Virus record (IMG/VR): IMGVR_UViG_3300042311_001406
Span: 1 to 64,000 of that record
Strand: one strand, 5' to 3'
DNA length: 64,000 nt
DNA from: a virus
Below, one piece after another: positions 37,292-47,527 of this stretch. A program made the translations under genes and the position numbers. The notes beneath the pieces are model-generated. The model saw only the letters and a list, made by a program, of their open reading frames with translations. It had not been told where the DNA came from and did no database searches. The number at the start of each line of letters is the position of its first letter. The first letter of the stretch is position 1.

Positions 37292-39592
37292 ATGACCACG
37301 AGCATCTTCCCCTGGTACAATGTCGATCTCGATGCAGGTCGATTCCTTGAGCTGTTCCGACAGGTTGTTCGGAGCGGCGTCGTCGAAGGCAGCGAGGTCA
37401 CTGCAGGGTCCAGCGGCTGGAACATCAGCATCAATGCCGGCAAGGTCTTGGCTGACGGCAGCGTCGTCTACGACGACCTGACGAAGCTCAACCACACGAA
37501 CCTCGGCCACGTCGCTGGCAACGATGGCCACTACGCCGTCTACGAGACGTACGCCTACGCGCCCACGAACCCGCCGCCAGCACCCGCCTACTTGGTAGCC
37601 GCAGCGACGCCGCCGCTGCAGCCGGTTGTGCCTGGTGGTGGCGTCAAGCTCGCTGACATCTTCATCCCGGACACGGCGACCAGCATCCTGAGCCCAGGCG
37701 TGCGCATCGTCAACGCGCCCAAGCTCTTCTCGCGCGCCGACAGCGGAGAGCTGATCGATCGTCTGGTGATGAGCATCGGCAACACGCAGACGCGAACGAA
37801 TGGCGCCGTCAACTACGACGACACGACCGGCAACATCACGCTCACACAGAACCTCATCATCGAGGCCACGTGCTCGTCGCACCGTCAGCAGTTTGAAGAG
37901 GCCCCGCCGTTGGTCCGCGGCGTCATCCCTGCTGGCACCTACGCGGTCCCTGGTACGTCGCCGAACCGTGATGTGCTGGTGTACACCCTCTTCGACCGAA
38001 GCGTCCCGAACGAGAACCTGGCGTGCACGCTCAAGTTCTTGGATCGAAACGCTCCAGACTTCGGCAACGTCACGGAGCTTTTGCTGCCGTCGAACCACAC
38101 CAAGATCAAGATCCTGGGCATCGTCAGCGGCACCCGCATGTCGCTGGTCGACCTGAACGGCCAAATGCCGCCGCCAGATGCTGATGATCGCAAGTTCTTG
38201 CGGGATGCTGCTGATGGACAGCACCTGTGGGAACTCGTCAGCGACAGCAAGTCGGTGGGTGGCCACAAGGCAGGTGTCTCGAACATCACGGCTCGTGACG
38301 CCATCGCCAGCGACCTGCGGAAGCAAGGCATGATCTGCTACGTCCAAAGCACTGGCCTGTTTTACGTGCTTGAAGGTGGCCTCACCAACAGCGACTGGCG
38401 CGTCTTCAACGACTCGAATTTCGCCATCGGCGGCCACCACGTCGTCGCCGATCAGGCAACGCTGCTGGCGATCCCCAGTAAGTATCTGCGCACCGGGATG
38501 TCGGCGTACCAGGTCGACACCAGCGCCGTGCGTCGCTGGAAAGAGAACATCTCGATCGGCACGCCCAACAACTGGGACTTTGAGTTCTATAGTCGCGGTG
38601 ACGAGCTTGGCGCCAGGATCGGTGTCGACACCATCTACCCTGGCAACGAGTTCACGGCCAGCACCAAGATCGCAAAGCGAGAACTCAAAGCGCTGGCATT
38701 CCTCGGCAAAAACCCAGATGCGAATGCCGGATCTCGCGTCGTCAATGGCGGTGAGCTGGTGCCGTTTGAAGTCGGCAGCGTGCCGATGGCGCTCCTGCAT
38801 CCAACGACCGCGATCACAGCCAATGCGACTGAGGGGGCCACCAGCTTCGTGCGCACCACCAGCGCCGTACAGATCAGCCTGAACACGGGCGTTCCGGCGT
38901 CGTTCATTGGTGGCGTGGTGCCCAGCTCGTACCCGTCGAACGTGTACTGCTTCCTGCGAAGCGATGGCTCGCTCCGGGCCAGCACCGTGGCGCCAGATTC
39001 CCGAGGTCGCCCATCGGCGGCTGACGCCACCTACACGACGAGCGACTACTGCTACGTCGGCATGCTGCGACCCAAGGCCAATGTCGGCGACTTCACGGCG
39101 GTGTGGGGCACTTTCAGCGTGAGCCACGACGGAGACGGACGTCGTCACATCATGTTCGACATGGATGAGACGGCTCTGTACGGGTCCAGCGTGTTCGGCT
39201 CCATCACGGAAGGCGTTCCGGAAACGATCGACACTGGTCCAGTGTCGGGTCCCGCCACACTGTTCCCGACTTCCATCGACGTCGACGCCAACCACCTCAT
39301 CACGGTGGCCTGCGGCTCGGATGGTCTTGAGGCTGTACTGGAGGCGACCATCGGCGGCGCCATGATCACAGCTCGCGTTCTCAGCAACGCCACTCCGGCC
39401 GGCATCAACGGATCGGCGTTTGCCACCACCACAACGCCCAGCCGCGCAGACCGCCCCAGGGTCAAGCTCTCGCTGAACGTTTCAGCGGCGACAGGTGCTT
39501 TCCGCGCCTGCAAGCACGAGCTGCGCTACACTGGCATCCTTGAGAACGTCAACCGTCCGATCACCCTTCGCCAGAGCACGTTCCTGCCATGA
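37292..39592 (+). CDS. Tail fibre protein
   Basis: GVVEGSEVT...INAGKV N-terminus; two RDAI...RKQGMICYV-type repeats. Confidence 0.65.
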   Translation: MTTSIFPWYNVDLDAGRFLELFRQVVRSGVVEGSEVTAGSSGWNISINAGKVLADGSVVYDDLTKLNHTNLGHVAGNDGHYAVYETYAYAPTNPPPAPAYLVAAATPPLQPVVPGGGVKLADIFIPDTATSILSPGVRIVNAPKLFSRADSGELIDRLVMSIGNTQTRTNGAVNYDDTTGNITLTQNLIIEATCSSHRQQFEEAPPLVRGVIPAGTYAVPGTSPNRDVLVYTLFDRSVPNENLACTLKFLDRNAPDFGNVTELLLPSNHTKIKILGIVSGTRMSLVDLNGQMPPPDADDRKFLRDAADGQHLWELVSDSKSVGGHKAGVSNITARDAIASDLRKQGMICYVQSTGLFYVLEGGLTNSDWRVFNDSNFAIGGHHVVADQATLLAIPSKYLRTGMSAYQVDTSAVRRWKENISIGTPNNWDFEFYSRGDELGARIGVDTIYPGNEFTASTKIAKRELKALAFLGKNPDANAGSRVVNGGELVPFEVGSVPMALLHPTTAITANATEGATSFVRTTSAVQISLNTGVPASFIGGVVPSSYPSNVYCFLRSDGSLRASTVAPDSRGRPSAADATYTTSDYCYVGMLRPKANVGDFTAVWGTFSVSHDGDGRRHIMFDMDETALYGSSVFGSITEGVPETIDTGPVSGPATLFPTSIDVDANHLITVACGSDGLEAVLEATIGGAMITARVLSNATPAGINGSAFATTTTPSRADRPRVKLSLNVSAATGAFRACKHELRYTGILENVNRPITLRQSTFLP

Positions 39593-39864
39593 GCCTTCCC
39601 ACCTGCCGCATCACTGGAACCATCATCAACGCCCAAGGCTCACCTCGCAGCCGTGTGCGATTCACAGCAAGGATCAGCTCGACTGGAGATCTCCCATCTG
39701 CGGTCACCCAGGACACGGTGGCCGTCTTCACCGACGGGAACGGCCAGTTCGAGCTCGATCTTCTGCAAGGTGTCGAGGTGATTCTCATCTCTGAGGAACT
39801 GCGCTACTACAAGCGCACCACGGTGCCGAGCTTGTCCACCATCGACTTCAGGAGCCTGACATGA
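39589..39864 (+). CDS. Small beta-sandwich structural protein
   Basis: CRITGTIINAQGSP...TDGNGQFELDL. Confidence 0.6.
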   Translation: MSLPTCRITGTIINAQGSPRSRVRFTARISSTGDLPSAVTQDTVAVFTDGNGQFELDLLQGVEVILISEELRYYKRTTVPSLSTIDFRSLT

Positions 39865-40532
39865 GCGAGTACGTCCAGATCTCTGGAGCCGGGAACCAGA
39901 ACGCGCAGAACGTGTTGCGTGTGGTGTTCTCCGGCGCCGACCAGAGCGACATCCCACAGCTTCAGGCCTGGGCCGATTTCAACCTGAACACCACCAACAT
40001 CGAGGCGCTGCAGGGTACGCCGGTCAACGGCGAACGCAGCATGCTCGTGGCCAAGAGCACGCACGCTGGACCCTCTGGCGTCGACTGGCCTGTGGGCTTG
40101 GCGCAGACGCCTGGTGGCGCTGTGGCCAACCGGCTTCGCGGCAACGACGCCTTCGTGCTTCTGGGGACCTCGGCCCCTGTCGCTCCATTCCCAGTGGCGC
40201 GGACCTTCAACATGGCCTTGCTGGTCCCTGCTGATGCCAGCCCTGGTGGCGTCGGCTTCCAGCCTGTGGTGGCCGTGAAGGTCTTCTACGCAGGCGCCCC
40301 GCCGACGATCGAATTCGAGTGCAACGAAGGCTCTGATGGATCGCCAGTTTGGCGGCCGCTGACCAGCTCGCCGCAGGGCGTCAACATGCCCATCGCCGCC
40401 AACAATGGGTTGCTGTTCACGGGGCCAAACACGGTGCCTGGCACTGGCAGCAACAATGGCAGCATCGACCCCATCACCAAGCCAGGCTCTGGTGAGAAGG
40501 TCGCTGAAGAAGTTTGGGTCCGGAGCCTCTGA
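39861..40532 (+). CDS. Hypothetical virion protein
   Basis: ATGA overlap; Gly/Pro-rich beta protein. Confidence 0.65.
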   Translation: MSEYVQISGAGNQNAQNVLRVVFSGADQSDIPQLQAWADFNLNTTNIEALQGTPVNGERSMLVAKSTHAGPSGVDWPVGLAQTPGGAVANRLRGNDAFVLLGTSAPVAPFPVARTFNMALLVPADASPGGVGFQPVVAVKVFYAGAPPTIEFECNEGSDGSPVWRPLTSSPQGVNMPIAANNGLLFTGPNTVPGTGSNNGSIDPITKPGSGEKVAEEVWVRSL

Positions 40533-40879
40533 TGTTTTTCGCTGTCACCAAAGACGACAAGGTCATCAGCGGCCAGGAGCTGGAGTGGTCCGGGATTCCG
40601 GCCGATGTCGTGATCAAGTCGCTGCAATGCAAACTGAAAGACACCAGTGGGCGAGTGATCGCGAACTTTGAGGTCGAGGGTTTCGATGAATACGGCTTCC
40701 AGCGTTATGACCTTGTTGCTCAGCAAGGCCTCATTGGTCGTGGCATCCAGCTGCTCGCGCGTCGTGGTGAAGTTGTTGTCGTACACGACGTCGACATTCA
40801 CTCCGGCACCACTCGCATTTCTTCGATCAGCAAAGACGCATGCTCCTACCGGAAAGATCTGTGGAGGTCTGGATGCTGA
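40532..40879 (+). CDS. Hypothetical protein
   Basis: TGATG coupling at 40530-40534. Confidence 0.6.
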   Translation: MFFAVTKDDKVISGQELEWSGIPADVVIKSLQCKLKDTSGRVIANFEVEGFDEYGFQRYDLVAQQGLIGRGIQLLARRGEVVVVHDVDIHSGTTRISSISKDACSYRKDLWRSGC

Positions 40880-41196
40880 CGGAAGGCAAGCAAAGGATCG
40901 ACTTCGGCGCCAGGGTGTCTTTGTTTCCCGGCAAGGACACCTCCGAAAGCCTGCTCTTCTTCGACATGGTAGCGGTTGGCTTGGTCGCACGCATCATCGT
41001 CGAGCTCGACGCCAGTAAGCATCAGATTATCCGCGAAATCACGATGCACAAGTCTCCGTACGCGAGCCAGGAGTTCATCTCCTACATGGAGGAGTGCGGT
41101 TTCAAGGTGAACGTGGTCGATCATCTCGCTGGTGAGGTGGTCAAGGTTTCACCGTCGACAGACCTGAACCCTATCCAACCGCCCGATAGAATCTGA
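40873..41196 (+). CDS. Hypothetical protein
   Basis: GGAGG SD, ATG 40873. Confidence 0.6.
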   Translation: MLTEGKQRIDFGARVSLFPGKDTSESLLFFDMVAVGLVARIIVELDASKHQIIREITMHKSPYASQEFISYMEECGFKVNVVDHLAGEVVKVSPSTDLNPIQPPDRI

Positions 41197-41251
41197 CACA
41201 CGGCCAACCAATTTGATGACCGTCGGTTCCCGGCAACGTAGAATTGCCGGC

Positions 41252-42214
41252 ATGACGAAACCGACGGCCATCTCTTTGTCTGCTGCAGTCCAAGGGCTCC
41301 CGCCTTCGGACGTGAATCGCCCTGTCCGCAGCCTGGAGACAGACCTTTGGTTGGTGCTGAGCGGCAGTGGGGCAAAGTACCCTGCCTACTTCGGCGCCGT
41401 GCGGCGCTTCATCACCAAGTACGGCCGCCGCTTCAGCCGCTTCTGTGGCTGCAGTGGTGGGGCCTTGGCGGCCGCCTTGATGGCGACCGGCAAAGACATC
41501 CAGGAGTGCATCGAGATCGCGAAGGCCATCAACCCGAGCGAGTACCTCGACAGCAACATCTTCACGCCTGCTGTCATCGTGTGGCCATTCAACAACGAAG
41601 GTCTCTACGACGGCGACAAGCTGCTTGGAGTGCTCCGCAAGGTCTTCAAAGGACTGAAGATGGCTGACCTGCAGCATGAGCTGCACGTCGTCACCTACAA
41701 CATCCAGCGCAAGCAGACGATGATCTGGGGCAACCGCCCCATCAACCATCCGAATGCTGTCTACGCTCCAGACATGGAGGTTGCGCTTCTGGTGCGGGCC
41801 AGCATCAGCCTCCCGCTGATCTTCAACATGGTGAAGATCAAGTACAACCGTCTCATCGGCGGCAAGGTCGTCGAGGACTACCACATCGACGGCGGCGTCG
41901 GCGGGAACTTCCCGATCGACATCTTTGGCGACAGTTCACGAGTTGTTGGCCTCAGGTTCAAGCAGCAGAGCCAAGATGTCGCGACGCCCATCAACAACAA
42001 GATCGACCTGATCTCCTCTGTTGTTGACGCCTTCATCGACTCAACCATGAAGGAGCACATTGAAGATGCGCTGCACGCAAAACAGGTTCACATCGACACG
42101 AAGTTCAACGGCCTCGACTTCAATCTGACGCCTTCAGCCTTCAACGGACTGATGCAGGATGGGGAACGCTGTGTCGACCAATGGATGAAGGAGAATGCTG
42201 ATGACGCTCGCTGA
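41252..42214 (+). CDS. Patatin-like phospholipase
   Basis: LVLSGSGAK oxyanion loop, GCSGG (GxSxG), RASISLP, IDGG; likely leaderless start ATG 41252. Confidence 0.9.
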   Translation: MTKPTAISLSAAVQGLPPSDVNRPVRSLETDLWLVLSGSGAKYPAYFGAVRRFITKYGRRFSRFCGCSGGALAAALMATGKDIQECIEIAKAINPSEYLDSNIFTPAVIVWPFNNEGLYDGDKLLGVLRKVFKGLKMADLQHELHVVTYNIQRKQTMIWGNRPINHPNAVYAPDMEVALLVRASISLPLIFNMVKIKYNRLIGGKVVEDYHIDGGVGGNFPIDIFGDSSRVVGLRFKQQSQDVATPINNKIDLISSVVDAFIDSTMKEHIEDALHAKQVHIDTKFNGLDFNLTPSAFNGLMQDGERCVDQWMKENADDAR

Positions 42215-42533
42215 AATCGGTTTGCTCATGCGGGATCTCGGCGGATGGGGTGTCTCAGCCGTCCTTTTGTACGCTTTGAAGAAAATCTATGATGACAAGG
42301 AGGCTGCGGCCAAGAAGTACAGCGTCGAGAAAGACGAAAACTTCAAGATGATTCTTTCGATAAGCGAGAACATGGCTGAGGTGTTGGCGACCAACACCGA
42401 GACGAGTCGTGCCCTGAGTGCTAACCTGCACGAGCTGCGAGACCGCTTCTTGTCAAATGGCAAGGCTGGCGCTGGCAGCCGAACCTTGCTGGCGGGCACC
42501 TCAGAAGATGGTCGTTCGCACGGAGACAGATAG
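42201..42533 (+). CDS. Holin-like protein (one N-terminal TM helix plus coiled coil; BhlA/UviB-like architecture)
   Basis: LGGWGVSAVLLYALKK followed by a charged helix. Confidence 0.5.
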   Translation: MTLAEIGLLMRDLGGWGVSAVLLYALKKIYDDKEAAAKKYSVEKDENFKMILSISENMAEVLATNTETSRALSANLHELRDRFLSNGKAGAGSRTLLAGTSEDGRSHGDR

Positions 42534-42535
42534 CC

Positions 42536-42928
42536 ATGACGTTCATCAAGAAGCTGTTCGATCGTATCGGCAACGTGTCGCCGCGCTGTGAGGCACCATC
42601 GGACACAGCCAGCATCGGCAAGATTCTCGTCGATGCTGGCCGCATCTCAAGCGATCAGCTTCAAGAAGTCACCGTCTCCCAGAAGCACATTACAGAACGG
42701 GTCATCAGCGACGAGATACTGCGTCGCGGATGGGTCGACGAAGAAGACATGAAGCGCGCGCGCTCCATCCAAGCGAAAATTCAAGCTGGTGACGAGATGC
42801 GCGCCCAGATCGAAATCACCCAGATGCGCCTCAGTGAGGCCCTACGCGTCGAGAAGAACCTGAAGGCTGTCGTCAGGACCACGATGCCAATGCTCACGGC
42901 CATGAGCGCCATCTCCGCGGACTCCTGA
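42536..42928 (+). CDS. Protein with MshEN-like tandem motif (putative c-di-GMP-binding fold)
   Basis: SIGKILVDAGRISSDQLQEVTVSQ...RVISDEILRRGWVDEEDMKRARSIQ. Confidence 0.6.
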   Translation: MTFIKKLFDRIGNVSPRCEAPSDTASIGKILVDAGRISSDQLQEVTVSQKHITERVISDEILRRGWVDEEDMKRARSIQAKIQAGDEMRAQIEITQMRLSEALRVEKNLKAVVRTTMPMLTAMSAISADS

Positions 42929-43021
42929 AGACAGACGCAGCCTCGGCGCTGTATGCGTCGACTTGGCACCATGATTCATGTAACCTTGCAGTCGCCAATG
43001 TTGGCGCCTTTGAGGTGAGTC

Positions 43022-43426
43022 ATGGTGCTTCGAGTTGATGATGCTGTTCGTTCTGCTGTCGTGAACGCGATTCGCGACGCCATTGACGCTGGTGCTGGCG
43101 CCGGCCTCCTCCGCATCTACGCTGGCGCAAAGCCTGGCACCAAAGGTGCCGCTCCTGCAGGCCTTCTGCTGGCCGAGTTGACGCTGGCAGATCCTTGCGG
43201 TGTCACCACCACTGGCGTGCTCAACTTCACCGTGCCGTTCTCGGACACCAGCGCCAACAACAGCGGCACCGCGGCGTTCTTCTACCTGTGCACCAGCACC
43301 GGCGCGTACGTGGCGGAAGGCGACATCGCCACCTCCGGCAGCGACCTGAACCTCGTGACGACATCGATCGTCGCTGGTCAGCCGGTGCAGGTGACGTCGT
43401 TCTCGTTCACCGCTGCCGGCGCCTGA
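43022..43426 (+). CDS. Small virion structural protein (paralog of 12424..12822)
   Basis: LLRIYAGAKP...SGTAAFF...SGSDLNL..TSIVAGQPV. Confidence 0.75.
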   Translation: MVLRVDDAVRSAVVNAIRDAIDAGAGAGLLRIYAGAKPGTKGAAPAGLLLAELTLADPCGVTTTGVLNFTVPFSDTSANNSGTAAFFYLCTSTGAYVAEGDIATSGSDLNLVTTSIVAGQPVQVTSFSFTAAGA

Positions 43427-43454
43427 TCGCTCACACGACTGAAGGAGGTGGCCT

Positions 43455-43904
43455 ATGGCTGACGACGTCAACATTCCAGATGCAAGCGATGTCCCCACTC
43501 CGATCGCTACTGATGAGGTGGCTGCTCGGCATCATCAGCTCGTCAAAATGGAGTTTGGTGAGGACGGCGTGGCTACGCCTGTCAGCGCAGCCAACCCGAT
43601 GCCGACCACGCTGTTCGGCGAGGTCGTTGAGCAGCTGTCGGCGATCCGCATGCTGCTGCAGTCGATGATGAAAGCAAGCATGGGCTCCCTCCCCGACGTC
43701 GCAGGCCGCATGCGCGTCAACGTCGAAACAGGATCAGTGGGTGTGAGTTCACTGCCAACGCTTGGCACGGTGACGACCGTGACGACGGTTGCATCCCAAA
43801 CGAACCAGGTGAACATCGGCGGCCTTCCGGCCATCGAACAGATCCCATCCCTTATGCGCCTTGGCGCTGACTCGCTGCGCCGAAACATCACGGTGACACC
43901 ATGA
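43455..43904 (+). CDS. Hypothetical virion/fibre-associated protein
   Basis: AAGGAGG SD; IATDEV...HHQLVK...VSAANPMP. Confidence 0.7.
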   Translation: MADDVNIPDASDVPTPIATDEVAARHHQLVKMEFGEDGVATPVSAANPMPTTLFGEVVEQLSAIRMLLQSMMKASMGSLPDVAGRMRVNVETGSVGVSSLPTLGTVTTVTTVASQTNQVNIGGLPAIEQIPSLMRLGADSLRRNITVTP

Positions 43905-45340
43905 CCACCACGAATGGCAATCGACCGATTTTGGATCTCAAGCGCTGGGAGTTCTGCGCGCCAGCGCCAGTAGCGTCCGCTGCTGGATCGTTTATCATGT
44001 CATCACGACACCACCGACAGCGTCAGCTGTACATCGTCAATGCGACGACGCACTACCTCTACATGCCGGAAGAAGATGGTTGGGTGCAGATTCCCAGCGG
44101 CGCGCTCGCGGGAACATTTGCGGCTGGTGCCTGCGGAACAGGCACAGCTGTTGGCCCATCAGGCACTGCAACAGTCGCGTCGACGACGTCGACGATCGTC
44201 AGCAACTTGAACCTGCAGCGCGATCTCCGTGGCTACTCGTTGTTTGTGACGGGCGGCCCCAACGCGGGCGCAACGCTGAAGATCCTGAGCAACACGATTG
44301 GCGCCAACAGCGTGATCACGGTGGCCACACAAGGCACAGCGTTCAACGCTAGCACCACGTTCCGCTTGTTCACGCCTCGGTGGTACGTTCTCAACGCCAT
44401 CACGGCATCAGGAACCACCACCGCGAACGTGTTCAAAATCTACGACCTGGCAACCAACACTTGGTCCGCCGCAGAAACAGGCGCAACTGACGGCGTTGCT
44501 CCAGCTGCAGTCATCGGCACCGATGGAAAGCTGATCGCTACGCCATCATGGGTTGACGATGACTACGTGTCGTTCGCGACAGGGACCGCCACTGCAGGTG
44601 CGACCAGCACGTTGACGTTCGGCAGCGCAAACTGGGCTGTCAACCAGTGGGCCAACTCACAAGTCCGCATCTCGGCAGGCACAGGCGCTGGTCAGATTCG
44701 CAGCATCACTGCCAATACAGCAACCGTGTTGACGGTAGCAGCGCCTTGGACCACTCCGCCAGATGGAACGTCGGTGTTCTCGATCGAAGGGAATGACGAC
44801 TACATCTATTACACCGGATCTGGTGCCACCGCAGTCTTTCGATATTCGATTTTGTCGGGTGCTTGGCAGTCGATGACTGCTCGTGGCGGTGCACCTGGGG
44901 CCGGCATGTCTGGTCATTGGATCTATGAGGTCGATGATCCGGCGTGGAACCTTCCAAATGCCATTTTGAATGGTCGGTACATCTACTCGTTCCGCGGCGC
45001 CAACGGCGCTGTGCTGGATCGGTACGACATTGCCGCCAATACCTGGACGACGTTGTCGTATGCGCCTGCTGCAGAGTTGATCAACACAGGCGCTAAGCAC
45101 GTCTACCGAAAAAACTTCATCTACACCCAGCAGCTCAACACGGGTCGATGGTTGGTGTTCAACATCGTCACCAGCGGACAAAACGGCTTTTCCACGATGA
45201 TGTACACTCAGGGAGCCGCAGTCGTTGGCGACACAGCCTTCGATGTACACTACCGAGACGGCACAACTCAGATCGACTATGTGTACATGCTGTTGAACAC
45301 GTCGACGGTTTTGCTGCGGTGCATGATCATCAACGACTGA
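43901..45340 (+). CDS. Kelch/beta-propeller-like fibre protein
   Basis: YDLATNTWS, YIYSFRG...RYDIAANTWTTL Kelch-like blades. Confidence 0.65.
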   Translation: MTTTNGNRPILDLKRWEFCAPAPVASAAGSFIMSSRHHRQRQLYIVNATTHYLYMPEEDGWVQIPSGALAGTFAAGACGTGTAVGPSGTATVASTTSTIVSNLNLQRDLRGYSLFVTGGPNAGATLKILSNTIGANSVITVATQGTAFNASTTFRLFTPRWYVLNAITASGTTTANVFKIYDLATNTWSAAETGATDGVAPAAVIGTDGKLIATPSWVDDDYVSFATGTATAGATSTLTFGSANWAVNQWANSQVRISAGTGAGQIRSITANTATVLTVAAPWTTPPDGTSVFSIEGNDDYIYYTGSGATAVFRYSILSGAWQSMTARGGAPGAGMSGHWIYEVDDPAWNLPNAILNGRYIYSFRGANGAVLDRYDIAANTWTTLSYAPAAELINTGAKHVYRKNFIYTQQLNTGRWLVFNIVTSGQNGFSTMMYTQGAAVVGDTAFDVHYRDGTTQIDYVYMLLNTSTVLLRCMIIND

Positions 45341-45356
45341 TCTGTGAGGTGACGTC

Positions 45357-46955
45357 GTGACACTGCTGCTCCTGCTGTCAGGGCGAAGGGCGAGTGCCGC
45401 CAGCGGTGTTACCGGCACTGGCGCCATCACGCTTGGCATCAACGAGACGGGTGTTGGCTCACCTGTCATCGTCGCCACTGGTGGTGCCGGCAGCTTGGGT
45501 GTGGTGGTGGCTGGCGCTGGCACCGCTGGCGCTGCCCCCATCACCGGCACTGGCTCTATCGCCCTTGGCTTTGCCGAGGCTGGTGCTGGCGCTCCAGTTG
45601 TCACAGGCGCTGGCACTGGTGTCTTGGGTCTCACCGAGACTGGTACTGGTAGCAGCACGGTTACAGGCGCTGGTACTGGTGCCCTTGGCATCACTGAGGC
45701 TGGTGCTGGCGCTCCAGTTGTTACTGGCTCTGGTGCCATCGCCATGGGCCTCGCCGAAGCTGGTGCCGGCAGCAGCACGGTCACAGGCGTAGGCGCAGTC
45801 ACGACGATTAGCTTGACGCCTGCGGCAGCGGGGTCGCCGGTTGTCGCAGGTTCTGGCGCCATTGCCCTGGGGACAACGGTCTCAGGCGTCGGTGGTTCCT
45901 CGACAGCCGGGGCTGGCGCGATTTCCTTGGGGATCGCGGTCGCTGGTGCAGGAAACAGCACGGTCGTCGGCACGGGCGCCATTGCGCTTTCGATCACACC
46001 TGCTGGCGTTGGACGCCCAATCGGCACTGGCACTGGTGCCATCGCGATCGGCCTATCACAGGCGGCAGCGGGATCGCCCGTCGTCAAAGGCGATGGTGCC
46101 GCCACCGTCGTCGGCATCACGCCGACCGGCTCTGGCCGTCCCATCGTCACCGGCGCTGGGTCCATTGGACTTGGTCTCGCCGTCAGCGGTGCCGGAGCAC
46201 AAGCATCAGCAGCCAGTGGCGCCGTCACTCTGGGCGTCACGCCAGCCGGCGCTGGCTCGTCGGTGGTCACCGGTGCCGCAACAGCTCAGACCATTGGTCT
46301 CGCGGCTGCTGGCGCTGGCGCTCCGGTTCAGCGCGGTACTGGCAGCAGCGTCATTGGCTTCAGCGCCAGCGGCACCGCCTCCGTCATCGTCGCCGGCAGC
46401 GGCGGCCCCAGTGTTGGCCTCGCGGTTGCCGCCAGCGGAACCGTCGTTGTTCCCGGCACAGCCGCCATCCCCGTCGGCCTGTCGTCGACAGGCATCGGCG
46501 GCATGGTTGTCGTCGGCACAGCTGCCGGCAGCATGGGCCTGTCGTCGACTGGTTCAGGCGCGCCAGTCCTCCAGGGCAGTGCTGCATCTACTGTCGGCGC
46601 ACTGACTTCCAACGGCGCAGGTAGCCCCGTCGTCAACGGTCAAGGATCGGCTGGCACTGACTTCTCTGTTTCTGGCGTCGGTGATCCAGTTGTCTCTGGC
46701 AGCAGCCAGGTCACTGTTGAGCTGTCGTCATCTGGCGACGTCAACATCACCATCCTGGGCGACGGGAACACTGTCGTAGGATTTGAGGCCACAGGCGAAG
46801 GTCGTGTCCTCAATACGACGTACTTTGGAATCATTCTCGGATCGATTGAGGATTTGAGCGTTCTCTCTTGCTCCATCTCCGACGAAAGAGAAGAGATCTT
46901 CGCGACCGTCGACAACGATGCCACCGTCATCGCGACATCAATCGAAATGCTGTAG
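45357..46955 (+). CDS. Gly/Ala/Thr-rich 20-aa-repeat fibre/shaft protein
   Basis: About 20 or more repeats like TGSGAIAMGLAEAGAGSSTV. Confidence 0.75.
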   Translation: MTLLLLLSGRRASAASGVTGTGAITLGINETGVGSPVIVATGGAGSLGVVVAGAGTAGAAPITGTGSIALGFAEAGAGAPVVTGAGTGVLGLTETGTGSSTVTGAGTGALGITEAGAGAPVVTGSGAIAMGLAEAGAGSSTVTGVGAVTTISLTPAAAGSPVVAGSGAIALGTTVSGVGGSSTAGAGAISLGIAVAGAGNSTVVGTGAIALSITPAGVGRPIGTGTGAIAIGLSQAAAGSPVVKGDGAATVVGITPTGSGRPIVTGAGSIGLGLAVSGAGAQASAASGAVTLGVTPAGAGSSVVTGAATAQTIGLAAAGAGAPVQRGTGSSVIGFSASGTASVIVAGSGGPSVGLAVAASGTVVVPGTAAIPVGLSSTGIGGMVVVGTAAGSMGLSSTGSGAPVLQGSAASTVGALTSNGAGSPVVNGQGSAGTDFSVSGVGDPVVSGSSQVTVELSSSGDVNITILGDGNTVVGFEATGEGRVLNTTYFGIILGSIEDLSVLSCSISDEREEIFATVDNDATVIATSIEML

Positions 46956-46993
46956 GCGGCACAGCAGCACAACACTGTTCACCGGAGCCAGAG

Positions 46994-47440
46994 ATGACCT
47001 ACAGCGAGATGTCACCAAAAACCCGTCTTCGGATGCTTGTTCGCGGCGATAGCTTTCGCTGGAAGCTGACATGCACGTCGCCAAATCCGTCGCCAGGTTC
47101 CGATGCGATTGGTCCGAGGTTTGATCTCACAGGTGTCTTGATCATCTTCACCATGAAGCTGTGGCGGGCAGATGGCGGCAGCGTCAGCACTGACCGCATC
47201 ATCATCCGCAAAAGCAGCGACGACACTGATGAGATTTCAGTTCTTGATCAACTGTCTGATGTAACGATCGGCCAGTGTGTCATCAAAGGAAATCCAGACG
47301 ACACGCAGTACCTTGAGCCTGGTGTCTACCGCTACGACATCAGGCTCCATCTGACCAATGGAGAACGCATCACCGTCATCAGCGATGAGATCTACGTTCG
47401 AGGTGATGTAGGCTCAGCAGAGGACAACACGACGCCATGA
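46994..47440 (+). CDS. BppU-like fibre-anchoring domain protein
   Basis: RGDSF...DLTG..IIFTMK...DTQYLEPGVYRYDI; start after GGAG. Confidence 0.65.
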   Translation: MTYSEMSPKTRLRMLVRGDSFRWKLTCTSPNPSPGSDAIGPRFDLTGVLIIFTMKLWRADGGSVSTDRIIIRKSSDDTDEISVLDQLSDVTIGQCVIKGNPDDTQYLEPGVYRYDIRLHLTNGERITVISDEIYVRGDVGSAEDNTTP

Positions 47441-47527
47441 CGGAAAGTTGGTGTTTGTGGAACACCGCTGCGCATGGTGATAAGCTCTCATGGACTTCAC
47501 AACCGTTCCCGCTGACAGGAGGACCAC

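Noticed and set aside
41252-42214. CBASS operon with a CapV effector
   Set aside because: No CD-NTase or Cap2/Cap3 nearby; only the patatin fold is shared
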